Shown: in pieces, positions 50,506-64,000 of the stretch
How positions within the stretch are numbered: the first letter of the stretch is position 1
Layout: every line of letters starts with the position of its first letter
Origin: Octopus sinensis
Lineage: Eukaryota
Assembly (NCBI RefSeq): GCF_006345805.1
Contig: NC_043005.1
Location: 101,742,001-101,806,000 of the forward strand
DNA length: 64,000 bases
Direction of reading: 5' to 3'
Notes under the pieces: model-generated
Database searches by the model: none
Seen by the model: only the letters and a program-made list of their open reading frames with translations
Told to the model about the DNA's origin: nothing
Made by a program: the position numbers and the translations under genes

Positions 50506-53184
50506 TCTTCCCCACCCAGCCTGCTGCAATATTTTCTCTGATTTTCATTCTGCTTCTTTCTCTCATCTCTCTTCCGTTTCGGCTGATTTCTTTTTTTATT
50601 TGTTATGGCAGTGTCTGTTGTTTGATTTGGTTTGATGTGGCGGTTGTGTGGTGGCTCGGCGTGGTGGAGCGTGGCGTTGTGTGTGATTGGTGCGGTGTGG
50701 TTGGTTGTGGGATGTTGTTTGGTTTACTTTGCTTTGCTTTGCTGTATGGTGTGGTGTAGTATGGAGCAATGCGGTTTGGAATGGCGTACTGTCGTGTATG
50801 TTAGTACGTTACGATGTGCGAAGTGATATGTTGAAGTAGTGAGAGGCTGTGTGGTTGCGACTGAGAACAGTCGCACTTGTAAACAAGTCTCTCAGCACGA
50901 AACCGTTGCTATAATAATGCAGCAGGGAGGACTGGAACGGTTATAAGAGGCGAAGTAATTATAGATGGAATTTACTGTTTCCAATGAAACGAAGTGAGGA
51001 AAATAGTGATTAAGAACCGAAACAAGCGAAAACAGAAAACCGATAACAAGTCTAAAATGAAATGTAATATAAAGAAATAAAACGGAGCGATTAGTCGTGA
51101 ATGCAATGTGAAGGGCAGGAGAGTGAAACATGGGATTTGTTTGCCATGTTCAAGAAATTTATATTGCCGAAAATCTTCGAAATTTGATCCAAAAGCCAAG
51201 TTAAAATTCCCAGGACGTGTTGTTAACTGCGGTAGTGGCGGAGGTACTGGCGATTCCAGGGTTGGTCATACGTCATCTTTTGGAGGGGAAGAGGATGTAG
51301 TGGTGGCTGTTGTTGTGATGTAGATGTCACTACTGGCAATGCTGTTCATGTTTAGTAATGCAAGCATTCGCCATTGAAACAGTATTGATATGTTAAGATA
51401 AGACGGAATGAATGGCTAATCTCTCTTATGGGTCTTTTATATTTTATTGAAGATTTTAGCCTGTTTAACGTTTCCGTTAGGCTGCTTTATTCTAAATGAG
51501 AATGACATGTGCACAGACCTTATAGATAATTGGAACTATTTCATCTACGTTCTTACACTTTAATATAAGGAAAAGCAGCTCTAAGTAATGGTAAATTTGT
51601 TCAGATTGTTATGGAAATAATTATAAGATCACAAAGCGATACTGGCTGTCAGTAGCAAGCGAAGCTCTGGACTCGGCTTCGAACTTTCGTTGGAACTATT
51701 CCACTTTGCATAATTCTTAATACATATATTATTTTCTATCGAATTTTCTAAACAATAGTGTTCGCAACGAGCTAATAAATGATTCAGTATATACAACCAA
51801 AGACGAAATTCACAAGCTAAATTCACGCAATTTGGGCAAAGCAAAATCCACGTGGTATACTCGTTAGCAAGCATTGATTTACGAGGTTTTCACTGATATT
51901 CATATTATCTTCCGGAGATAAACACCAACAAAAGATGCGCATGCGCACACAAACATACCTGCACACACATACATGCACACACACATACACACACATATTA
52001 TTGGGTGCATCAGATCAGATAAAAAAACGTGTGCTATTTGTAACGCAGTAATACGTGTTTTGTCGTCATCTGATGTGTTGAGGATAAATGAACATTTCTG
52101 ACAAGCCATAAAAGTAATACTTGCCTATAAAGTTTGGTGAATTCACGAGTCTGACCTACCGTTAGATCGAAACCCCATCGAAGATTTCGATCATATTGCT
52201 GGCTCCTTTGGCAACAACCGGATCCAGTTGCTTTTCTTGCACGTATTGCATGCTTTTCTTTCGTGTCAAGAGGCCAGATAATGGGAGCTTTCAATAAGTA
52301 TTAGCACCAACCAACATGAGTGAAAATTTTGCTGGAGATGTTTACACTTTGCCAGAGGCTTTTACATAGTTATTTCGGTTTGTATTTTAAAGAAATCTAA
52401 TAACAAATTCTGCTACTATTGAACAGCTCAGATAACTATTAAGTCCTTCTTGTGTGGCACTAGATGTATACGTTGTGGATCAGTGTTATCCACAATGTAT
52501 AGGATTGTGTTTATAATATGCCGCTATGCCATTTAACAATCACATACACGCAGGGAGACGAGTATAGAAAATAATCTAATAAAGGGCACTTGCACATTCA
52601 AACTCATTGACAAATACACATGCGTATAAATAAACATGCATGTTTGTATATACATATACACAAATAAGTATCCAGTCTCATACACACAGATTTACCAATC
52701 TCCCCATCTATAGTTTAAATTATTTCGTCTGACTTCATCATTGTTTGATGAAGTTAAGGTCCCTTGGTCAATTTATTTTCTGTTTCAAGTAACAGAAATA
52801 TTTTTCGTTTCTCAAGCTCTGTACTCAAACTTACTTTCACAGCATTCGCTAACACACGCACACAAAGACGCACGTGTGCGCACGCACACACACACATGCA
52901 TACACTCACATGCATACACACACATGCATACACACACGTGCATACACACACATGCATACACACACACATGCAAACACATACAGATACAAAAATTACATAT
53001 ACCGGCACCGAAAATAAATGAACGTTTATACAGGTAGTAGTACACACATATATGCAAGAAACCACTTTTAATGAGTCAAGGATATAACCATTATTATATT
53101 GCTTTAGCTGTTAGAAATAGTGGCCAGATCTGCCGCAAAACACAGGCTCAGGCATTATGTATGATTGTTTGTATGAGTCAATAA

Positions 53185-53430
53185 TGAAACTTGAGACGCG
53201 AAGTTTGGTGGTTAGGATGTTGGCTTCATGAACGTATGATTGTGGTTTCCATTCCTGGACCGGACGACGCCTTATGTTTTTGAGCAAGACTTCAGCTCAT
53301 ATTGCTACGGCCCACTCAGGTGGCAAAAATGTGCAATCCTGCAACAGACCAGCATCACATCCAGTGGGCAATATTACGTCACAGAAATCGGGAAACCAGC
53401 CTAATGCGTCTGCATGACTTGCGAAGGCGC
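53185..53430 (+). mobile_element. old tRNA-derived SINE (another family)
   Basis: tggtggttaggatgttggcttca...ggtttccattcctggaccgg...ttgagcaagac...ccactcag.tggcaaaaatg. Confidence 0.55.
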
Positions 53431-53594
53431 TCATTCTTTCGTTATTTGATAATCAATGTGGGAGGCTTCTTCATTCACTGGTTGTGACGTTAAGAATTCC
53501 GCTTCAGGGTGACCAGTAATATATTAAAAGCCACTTAAACCTCCTTATTGAGTTCTTACTCTTTCGGGGTTTTTTTAATCAATGAGGAAGATTG

Positions 53595-53984
53595 TTATTC
53601 TTTTACTTGTTTCAGTCACTTGACTGTGGCCATGCTGGAGCACCGCCTTTTAGTCGAGCAAATCGACCCCAGGACTTATTCTTTGTAAGCCTAGTACTTA
53701 TTCTATCTCTCTCTTTTGACGAACCACTAAGTTAAGGGGACGTAAACACACCAGCATCGGTTGTCAAGCGATGTTGGGAGGGACAAACACAGACATATAA
53801 ACGTATACACACATATATCTATACATATATACGACGGGCTTTTTTCAGTTTCCGTCTACCAAATCCACTCACAAGGCATTGGCCGGCTATAGTAGAAGGC
53901 ACTTGCCCAAGGTGCCACGCAGTGGGACTGAACCCGGAACCATGTGGTTCGTTAGCAAGCTACTTACCACACAGCCGCTCCTGC
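53595..53984 (-). mobile_element. SINE family A
   Basis: Full head, core and tail in reverse. Confidence 0.9.
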
Positions 53985-55543
53985 TAAATTTATAAAGGGA
54001 AATAATAACCAATTCTCCCACAAATCATTAAATACTATTGTAGAATTTCAATTTTTTATGGCGAACAATTTATCTGCAGTTATAATGTTTCCATTATCGA
54101 CTGGGTGGTCACTGTTAAACTGCCTTCCATCGTAGGCTCGTTTGTCTGTGTTGGATTCTTATATGTGTTATCCCTTATTTGTTTCGGCCATTAGACTGCA
54201 GCTGTACTGAGGCACCACCTGGAATGATTTTTATACGAATGGACTAAAAATGATTGCTTCTTTTTAAATTATTGTTGCGGCTGCAGGTATGGTAGTAGGG
54301 TTAAGAATTCTACTTCCGGACGACGGCTCAGTAAATACCAGTAATATATTAGAAACCACTTGAAACTTCCCTACCTGCATCATATCCATACATCTTATAT
54401 CAACTTAAGAAACTAATGCTATTCTATTGGATTACCAGAAATATGGATTTCTTAGCTGATAGCGTGGAAGCAATAGTTCGAACGCTATTGAGAGAAACGC
54501 TGTAGAATGATAAGAAATAATCTTTTATACTGCAGAGGTGAAAAAAGGCGTTTCGAACCACGCTTGAAACCTATCATACAAGCTAACTATGGAAAAATTA
54601 CCCCATTAATACTCTTGGGATATTCATGAATGTAGCGCCATTTTCCTTTCTGATAAAAACAGACTCCTGTTGTGTGCAATCAAACAGAAACCAATATATT
54701 TGTTAAGTAATTTCTCTCCACGTTCAGCGTTAACACATTTCTGAAACACAGTCGGGTTACAACATATCATTTCCTTTTCCACCAAAAATATATACAACAT
54801 TCTGCGCCATTTTAAAGTACATGAAAATCAATAATTTATATTGAGCAGATAGAGTGAAACATTCCCTTCAAAGATAATATCACGCCTTCATAAATACGAC
54901 GTTCTGCATAATATTTCCGAGTCGTTTTGACAACTTCAATTGTTTTATCAGATATTCATGCTTGACCGCTGTGTGCGTCGTCGTTATCATCTTCACTTCA
55001 CTTCCTATTTCGAAAACGTGCTCTACTATATCTTTCATGCTAACCATGGAAAACTATCGCAGTTATTTTGTCCCTCTTTATATTGCAGAACTGGCTGCCT
55101 GCAGTTTTATTTCCTGCATTAAAATAGCAAGAGGAATATAACAATTTTATGTTGTTATACATCAATATTTCCTTACAAAATTATTAACAATACACACACA
55201 CATACACACGCACGCACACACACAGAGACAAACACACGTCTGTGTGTGTGTGTGTGTATGTGTATATATATATATATAATATATACGTATATAGATATAT
55301 ATCTATATATATACAGACATATATAAATGTGAATTGGTATGTATGTGGATACAGACAGAGATAAGATTAGTGCACACACATACGGACGCACACACACACT
55401 TACTCACACTCATACACATACACATATAAACACACACGCACATACAAACTATGATCTTTTAATCTTTTATTCTTTCCCTGTTACTAATCAGTCGGCTGTA
55501 ATCATGCTGAGATACAACAATAAATAATGTGTGTGTGTATGTG

Positions 55544-55598
<55 letters not shown>

Positions 55599-55747
55599 CT
55601 GTGTCTGTTTGTGTGTATATGTATATGTTTGTTTGTGCGTGTGTGTGTGTGTACACTAAACTTATCTTCGTCTGTATCCAGACACACACGCATACACAAA
55701 TTCACATACACGTATGTGTGTAGATATACACATATATATATACATAT

Positions 55748-55819
<72 letters not shown>

Positions 55820-56226
55820 TACATATATATATATGTCTTTACATGTGCTTGTGAGTGTGTGTGTATGAGAGAAAGTGAGAGAGAGAGAGAGAGTGTGTGT
55901 GTTTGTGTCTATTTTCTGAGGTTATATATTGGACCTGAAAGAAAGAGATCGTGAAATATCAGTTTAGCGATTGAAGTAGATTACAACTTTTATATTCAGT
56001 TTAGTTTAATACTTAAAACGTCAAAGATTTCACTGCAGAAGTGTCACAAAAATTTGACAAGTTAAGGAATATAAGAAAAATTCACTATCACAGTTTTTGA
56101 GTTTTTAATGGCTAAAAGGAATTTTCTATGATCTACGATATAGGTCTTTTATGAATGCATGTGCACACACAGACGCATACACGCACACATATATACGCAC
56201 ACACAAACATATATACACTAATGCAT

Positions 56227-56260
<34 letters not shown>

Positions 56261-56263
<3 letters not shown>

Positions 56264-56372
56264 CCTGCTCGTTTAGCCAGCGGGGTGGCGTCATTTGAAG
56301 GCTAAAACAATGTGAAGCGCATTGTGACTAGCGATGTGTAGCAACATCTGATAACCTGGTCGGTCACGGTAA
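56261..56372 (-). mobile_element. short TA-inserted repeat (possible LINE 3' end); second copy at 15295-15384
   Basis: Shared ttggcctgctcg...gaaggctaaaacaatg.gaagcgcattgtgactagcgatgtgta.caacatctgata.cct..tcggtcacggt. Confidence 0.75.
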
Positions 56373-56397
56373 TATATATATATATATATATATATAG

Positions 56398-56722
56398 CAC
56401 TCCGTCGGTAACGAAGACTAGGGTTCAAGTTGATCCGATTAACGGAACAGCCAGCTTGTGAACTTAACGTGTAAGTGGCTGAGCACTCCGCACACACGTG
56501 TACTCTTAACTTAGTTTCCAGCGAGTTTCAACGTGTCACAGCGTGTGACAAGGTTCGCCCTTTGAAATACAGGTATAACAGAAACAGGAGTAAAAGGTAA
56601 GCGTCTCGTGGAGCCTTAGGTGTTTTCGCTCAATAAGTACTCAAAACGCCCGATCTAGGAATCGAAACCGCGATTCCACGACCGCGAGTCCGCTGTCCTA
56701 ACCACTGGACCATTGCGCCGCC
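56398..56722 (-). mobile_element. tRNA-derived SINE, family C
   Basis: Head GGCGGCGCAATGGTCCAGTGGTTAGG...GGTTTCGATTCC. The tail ends ...cgttaccgacggagtgc at a (TA)n tract. Confidence 0.8.
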
Positions 56723-58146
56723 ACGCACATGGACACACACAGACACACACATACACATACACAGTTATATATATATATGTATGTAGGTATGTATGTATGC
56801 TTTAATGTATTAATATATATGTATGCATTAATGAGTAAGTCAAAGTTAAAATGACCTGGACAGTTGTGAATGTCTCATTTTGTACCATATCACAACTCGT
56901 CCTCCTCTAAGTACACCTTAAATAAATATACTAATATAAAACTTAATAAGGTAACACACCTGCTCAAAATAAAAATATTTTTAACATGACCCATCCACAT
57001 ATATAATTATTTTCATTTTTGATTTTACTAACAAATCTCTATATAAGTATCTGCAATATGATTCCTCCCAATTCTTAGTGATCGTATTTTACAATCAATA
57101 TATATTGTTCTTGTTCTTCTTGGTAAGCTTTTTTAAGAAGAACTGGATAAAAAAATGAAATCATGAAAACATAGGCTGTATTGTGTTTTAATATTTTTAA
57201 AAATTTGATATTGTAATTTATGATGATCGCGTCATAGAAATAAACTGAATTATACAGGCAAGAGAAATAGGATGTTGGCCTCTAGATTATTCTCCTTTCC
57301 ATCTCTAATCATCTTTTCTCGTTCGATAATAATATGCAAAGATTGATGAGTTTGGACAGATTTAGGTTAGGAAAAGAATTAATGGCACGTAAAGCTAGTA
57401 ATTCTATTAACCCTCTAAGAGACGATATACAAACGATGGCTTCTCACGCAACAGAAACAAACTTGAATAGGAAGCGATATCCGATTTTCGTGTCTCTATT
57501 TAGCTTCAGCTAAAGCTTAGAATTGTTTCAATATTACACTCGTATTTCATGTAACTGGTGCACACACCACGCTCGTTGTTAAAACGTTTGATTCTTAAAA
57601 TAAAGAGCCTGTCTGAAATACCGAAAATCATGTGTATATGTCACAACCAATATTTCTATTATTGTAAGATTGACTAGCATATTTACGATACTTCCTTTTA
57701 ACTTATTAAGTTTAAAGATTACAGAAAAAATGATCTGAAACGGTTATTTAATAATTGTAGATGTCTTATTTGATTTTCTTCGAAAACTTATATCGTGTAT
57801 AAAATATAAAATAAAAAGAGAAGAAAAAACATGATTAAACATATAAACATTACGATTTTTTTATAGAATTTTAAAATGATGGCACATTATATCAATAAAA
57901 AATAAACTATATTCTGTACAGTAAAACTTCAACGCAGAAACATTGCTTTATCAGATTTTTTTTGAAAAATATTTCGTCTATAGAAAATAAAACATGGCAA
58001 CGTAATAAAATTTAAATAGATAAATCAACATAATTTTATTGAATAATTCTAAAAATATTTCAATGACAATGTTAAGATTATAAATTTAGGAGTTACACAC
58101 CATACACACATAGACACACGCGCACACACATGTGTAAGTGATTGTT

Positions 58147-58264
<118 letters not shown>

Positions 58265-58480
58265 CATGTATGTGTATGTGTGTGTATCTGTATGTGTGTA
58301 TGTATGAGTGTACGAATGTATATACATCTTGCTTTATATATCTTCTAATTTTTCTGCTTTATATTTTAACTTTTGTAGTTACTAGACAGCAGCCATGTTG
58401 GGGCACAGTTCTGGAGAATTTTTTTTTGCAGAATGAATCCACCCCAATACTTATATTTTTTTACTTATACACCCCACCAC

Positions 58481-58538
<58 letters not shown>

Positions 58539-58596
58539 TAATAATAGTAGTAGTAGTAGTAGTAGTATAATAATAATAATAATAATATAATAATAA

Positions 58597-58628
<32 letters not shown>

Positions 58629-58631
58629 ATA

Positions 58632-58694
<63 letters not shown>

Positions 58695-58705
58695 TAATTA
58701 TAGGG

Positions 58706-58876
58706 GTGGGGGATAGTCGATTACATTGGCCACAATGTGTAAGTGGTACGTATTACATCGACCCCGAAAGGATAAAAGACAAAGTCGACCTCGGCGGAAC
58801 TTAGAACGGAAAGGACGGACGGAATTCTGCAAATCATTTTGTCCGGCGTGTTAAAAATTCTGCTAGCTCACAGCTT
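58706..58876 (-). mobile_element. diverged SINE family B, head-to-head with the next SINE
   Basis: atcgaccccgaaaggataaaagacaaagtcgacctcggcggaa block. Confidence 0.75.
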
Positions 58877-58895
58877 AAAAAAAAAAAATAATAAA

Positions 58896-59046
58896 GGCGC
58901 AGGAGTGGTTGTGTGGTAAGTAGCTTTCTTACCAACCACATCGTTCCGAGTTGGCATCTTGTGCAAGTGTCTTCTGCTATAGCCCCGGGCCGACCAATGC
59001 CTTGTGAGAGGATTTGGTAGACGGAAACTGAAAGAAGCCTGTCGTA

Positions 59047-59117
<71 letters not shown>

Positions 59118-59331
59118 TTGTGTGTCTGTGTTTGTCCCCCTAGCATTGCTTGATAACCGATGCTGGTGTGTTTACGTCCCCGTCACCTAACAGTTCGGCA
59201 AAAGAGAGCGATAGAATAAGTACTGGGCTTCCAAAGAATAAGTCCCGGGGTCGATTTGCACGACTTAAAGGCGGTGCTCCAGCATGGCCGCAGTCAAATG
59301 ACTGAAACAAGTAAAAGAGTAAAAGAGTAAA
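58896..59331 (+). mobile_element. SINE family A
   Basis: Full head and (GTAAAAGA)n tail. Confidence 0.9.
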
Positions 59332-59334
59332 ATA

Positions 59335-60065
59335 GTCTCATTTATTCGCCTGAAGGGCGAAGGATAAGAGGGATAATAAAAACACAGGCAAAAAGTGTGG
59401 GAGTTTATATATAATGAAATGATAAACAGACGGAAAGAAAGAAAATATACATGTTATACGCTGAAAAAGAAGTGACATGTATAGCAGACAAAGGTTTTAA
59501 AAAGGTGGTAGGGAGGATATCATAGATGTAGCGCTCCTGACACAGGAAGGCCTGTAGGGATAGTCGAGGAACCCTATTGTCCGAGATTTCCATGAAACCC
59601 TAGGAGCAAGTGCCCTTTCCAATTCTTTCCCTCAGATTCACAGGTCGACATTTGGAGAGGTACCGTCCACTCTTGCCATTTTCGTAACTTTCATCCACTT
59701 TTCAGTAAACTTACTCGAGGATAGCACCTCCCTCTCCACTCCCAATTTCCTTTTCAATGAAACTTGAGGAAGTCAATGAAAGCTCTACCAAAGAGGAATG
59801 TATCAGCCTTTCCATCTTGTACACCAAACAACCTCTTTCGCAACAGCCACCAGGCAAAGGAAAACTGCCTTGCCTGCCCGACTGAAGGATGGCAGCGGTG
59901 CGATCATCATTACAGACTCGGCCGACAGACGGATCCATTCCGCAAATACAGGAAAGTATTAGATAGTTGAAAAGAACAGATAGCATGGTTCCAAAGGCTG
60001 TAGTTACAAGCCCGCTGCGCATGCAAGACTCCAGGAGCTCCAACGAAACACGAAACCTGTGTGAA
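59335..60065 (-). mobile_element. 3' end of an L1/Tx1-like LINE (decayed ORF2 C-terminus plus 3' UTR)
   Basis: Broken frame RLSAESVMMIAPLPSFSRAGKAVFLCLVAVAKEVVWCTRWKG*...LKRKLGVEREVLSSSKFTEKWMKVTKMARVDGTSPNVDL*. Pyrimidine-rich UTR ending in AATAAA. Confidence 0.6.
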
Positions 60066-60070
60066 GGAGA

Positions 60071-60106
<36 letters not shown>

Positions 60107-60107
60107 G

Positions 60108-60171
<64 letters not shown>

Positions 60172-60179
60172 TGATGATG

Positions 60180-60239
<60 letters not shown>

Positions 60240-60641
60240 GTAATCATAATGATGATGATGATAATAATCTTTGGATGGAATTTACAATATAAACATATCA
60301 TGTAGGATACGTGTTCTATAAATGCTCATAACACACCTCATGTTTATAAAATTTTCATATTTAAAAAACATACTTGCAATAGTAAGCTATAAATTTAATA
60401 TGAAGAGTCATTATTAGAATTCTAACTTTGGACCCCGCCCAACGTAAAAAGGATGAAATTGAACTTAACGTTTCTCCCTTACATATACATACATAGAAAT
60501 GCAGGAAGTAAATAGACACCTTTAATTTTTTTAATTTCTGATCTAAGCGTCTTAATATGTTTTCAGAGGTGTAGAATTTACAATGTAATTAATTTTTTTC
60601 ATTCCAGGTGCCATTATATTAAACATTTACGAAGGGTAACC

Positions 60642-61620
60642 ATGCGACGCACAAAAAATTCAGCAGAACTGTCAGATTTTCAAAGAGGTTCTGGTGTTGG
60701 GCAATCTCAGACTGGTCTTAGCCAGCGAAAAATTGCCGAAAATCTTCAAATTCCTCTTGCTACTGTTAATAGAATGAAAGTGCAATTCAAGAGCAAAGAA
60801 AACGAATCAACAGATTCTCGTCCCGGCCGACCTGGGCCCACAGAAAGAAAGCTTCGCTGTTTGAAGAGAATTCTGGAAAACGAACCCCGTTCGAAGGCTT
60901 CTGACATTGCAAAACAGCTAGAAGTTAGTGCAAGAACGTGTGTTACATATCTGCATAAGCTTGGGTGTTATGGACGAGTAGCTAGAAGAAAACCTCTCCT
61001 ACAACCAATTAAAATCACGAAAAGAACGAAATGGGCTAAGGAGATGTCAGAAAAATCCAGTTCATTTTCGGATAGAATGATTTTCTCAGATGAATCCGTA
61101 TTTGGATTTTTTTCAGACAGTGGACGTGTTTGGGTCTGGAAGCTTCCCAATCAAGAATTTGATTTGAAATGACTCCAACCAACTGTGAAACATGGCGGTA
61201 TCTATGTGATGGTATGGGGAGCTGATCGAATGTGTTGGAGTGATAAACTCTGAAAAATACATCGAAATACTTAAGCAAGGACTACTTCCGATGTATTCAC
61301 ACGATAACAACAAAAAAATGAGTTTCTATTCATGGAAGATGGGGCTCCGTGCCACACAGCGAAAAGGAACCAACAATGGCTGACTGAAAATGGGATCAAA
61401 AAGCTTCCTTGGCCGAGCCAATCTCCTGACATGAATCCAATTGAAAATCTTTGGAGCGTACTAGATAGAGCTATACTAAAAGCTCAATATGAATTCTTTC
61501 AATTGTTGCGTGAAAAGTGGGCAGAAATTCCACAAGAGACAATCACAAAGTTCATCGGTTCAATGCCAAAAATGAGTTCCTGAATTAAAAACTGCAAAGT
61601 GAATGTCAACTAAATACTAA
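60642..61620 (+). mobile_element. Tc1-family DD34E transposase pseudogene
   Basis: HTH (LSQRKIAENL), GRP, ARRKPLL, IFSDES, stop at 61170-61172 then LQPTVKHGG..VMVWG, frameshift, FMEDGAPCH, WPSQSPDMNPIENLW with 34 residues between D and E. TIRs not confidently located. Confidence 0.93.
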
Positions 61621-62058
61621 AGTATGTAGTCCTACCTATCGATTACAGAGCAGGGTAGCATTAATTTTCTAGGTCGTTAAACGTTTCTTAGCCAATCAAT
61701 GAGCCGATCGGGAAAACTAATCAATAACAAACCTATAATAATTACCGGAAACAGCTGTAAGTCAAACTTACTCCAATACAGAAATATGTAATGACGATTA
61801 TTTATGCCTTGTCTTGTATATCACTCTGCGTAAATGACCAGTGTAACTGAGAATACAACCATAGATTTACATTACAATATAGAATGGTGACGAACAATAA
61901 CCTCGACCCTACCACAAGAATACGTAGAGTTCTTTGCGAATCTAAAAAACATTGTTAGCCTGGAGTATTAACAGAAAGCTTATAAAGCATTTTGCCCGGA
62001 ACGATAATCCGTCATTAATATTTCTCTCTCTCTCTCTCTCTCCCTCTCTCTCTCCCTC

Positions 62059-62121
<63 letters not shown>

Positions 62122-62382
62122 TCAATATTCATATATCTATATATGTACGTATGTACGTATGTGTGTGTGTGTGTTTGTGCGTACGTACGTATACACATAT
62201 ACATACATGTGTGTGCGTTTTCCTCATGAACATCCATTGCTGATGTCGACAGACAACGTTTGATGATGGAGATGGCGTTGTTGATGATGACGCAAATGTA
62301 TCTATGTGTGTGCATATAAGTCTATTACATCTACTCTGAAATAAAATGCGTTGGCGTAAGTATTACTTATATATATATATAT

Positions 62383-62414
<32 letters not shown>

Positions 62415-64000
62415 ATATATACATACGTTAAAAAAGATGACGGAAGGAAAATTATTAAACAAATTACATTGCGGTGAAATCAACGCTATATATAGACTAC
62501 CATTTAGCTGTAAGTAATGCCAGGACACATGATATGAACGGCAGCGATGCTAATATATTGAAGCAAGCTGAAATGTATAATGAATGAGGTATAGAGACTA
62601 TTAGAGCCATAATAGCAGTCGGTAAATAGAACCATTATACGATATGGAAGAAAAATAGTAATGAATATTGATATAAAGGAAAGAGTAATTAAGAGAGACA
62701 TCTAAATGTGACAAAGCTTGTTAAAGTAGAAATCATAAGAAGATGGTTTATTATATAAATATTCATTGTGAAATGTCTACAGAAATGATTAGTGACGTAA
62801 TTCCAGACAATTTGAGAATCAGTAAATCATCTAAGAAACGATAATATTTTTGGCATTTGGTGTTCATTTTGTTTATGAAGCAAGTATCTTTAAACGTATA
62901 TTTCTATGTAGGAAACTAGAGTACAAGCTGACTTGTTAACAAGGTTTCATATGGCTAATTGCTACGTATCAATCATTATAAAATGTATGATATATATACA
63001 CTTCACAGCGAAACAAGGAACCTAGACTGATTGAGCTGGCTATTCCATTTCTGAGTAGATATATTGATTATCCTGATTAGTGTTGCGTGTTTTTATGTTC
63101 CATTCACTCAATGGGCAGAACGTTAGATCCGTAACCATCATTCTAAAGTAACTAATTTGATTGCGACATTCACATTCCTTTTATTAAGTTTTGACTCAGG
63201 GTACAAATTAATTTAAGGGTGTCTCTAGAATATTCCCCCTAAAAAACATATTGTATCATCATGTGGGTTATTCATGTAAATCCGATATCTTATCAAGCAT
63301 ATTATACATTTGAATATTTAGACCGCATCTCGTTGAGATCAACTTTGCTAATCATACCTTCAGAGTCTAAAGAATAAAGTACCAGTGGATTACTGAGGTC
63401 GATGTAATCCACAGACGTCCTCTCCATTAAAAATTACTGGCCTTGTGCTTAAATGAGAAACCATTTTACGTTACAATCTGAGCAATATTCCTTTTTAAAA
63501 CGCATATCTGAACCATCCTCTTGACAGAATTTATTCACATTCATATATGGCAGATTCTGCTGGTTTTATGATGTCTGCGTTTGTGGGATTGCATAAGCAC
63601 CCCCCCCTACTGGTGGCAGGGAAATCACTGACAATATGGCGGTGCATGTTGTATCAATACGCACAGAGAAAACCACAAAATAGACGTATTCTTTTAGAAA
63701 ACCATGCATTGTATATTAAATATATAAACCAATACTAAACAGCCAAAGAGTCACAAACAAATCAAACTACAGTTTGTTTGTAAAACATACCATCAGTCAA
63801 AGATTAAATGACAATCGAGAGAAATACAGCTATAGGTCGCACGGTACACAGTACTAGAAATTAGCTCAAATGATAGTGGCAGTAAAAAACAATTGTTTTA
63901 AAATAAATAATGAACAGTGGGGTGTGGCTTACCCCAGGTGATGTTTCTTTCTAAATATCTTACGTGTAGCAGTAGTGAAACAAGCATCCTCCCATGTGAT

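Overview
This is repeat-dense, AT-rich animal genomic DNA, probably an octopus (coleoid cephalopod). That assignment is an inference from the tRNA-derived SINE families and the very high load of (TA)n, (CA)n, (TATC)n and (AAT)n microsatellites. I cannot identify an intact cellular gene, and most ORF-track entries are microsatellite translations. Transposon content: mariner, Tc1 (DD34E) and maT-like (DD37D-type) relics, Tx1/L1-like LINE fragments, a decayed Penelope-like element (PLE: RT plus GIY-YIG), many PLE terminal fragments, Helitron/Helentron-type non-autonomous elements, and about 20 SINE copies. The standout feature is a 2.8 kb tandem array of ~475 bp non-coding units (35471-38301). 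Each unit carries a type I hammerhead ribozyme, and the cleavage-to-cleavage monomer is strongly self-complementary. The array sits in a (TA)n tract and has a 5' inversion whose breakpoints fit twin-primed reverse transcription. It is a candidate retrozyme or viroid-like circular-RNA system copied into the genome as a multimer. The window also holds a separate canonical-core hammerhead with a long stem II (45685-45767), U3-A8 and A6U hammerhead variants at PLE ends, and a tRNA-headed element with a decayed hammerhead tail. All folds and alignments were done by eye, and no database search was possible.
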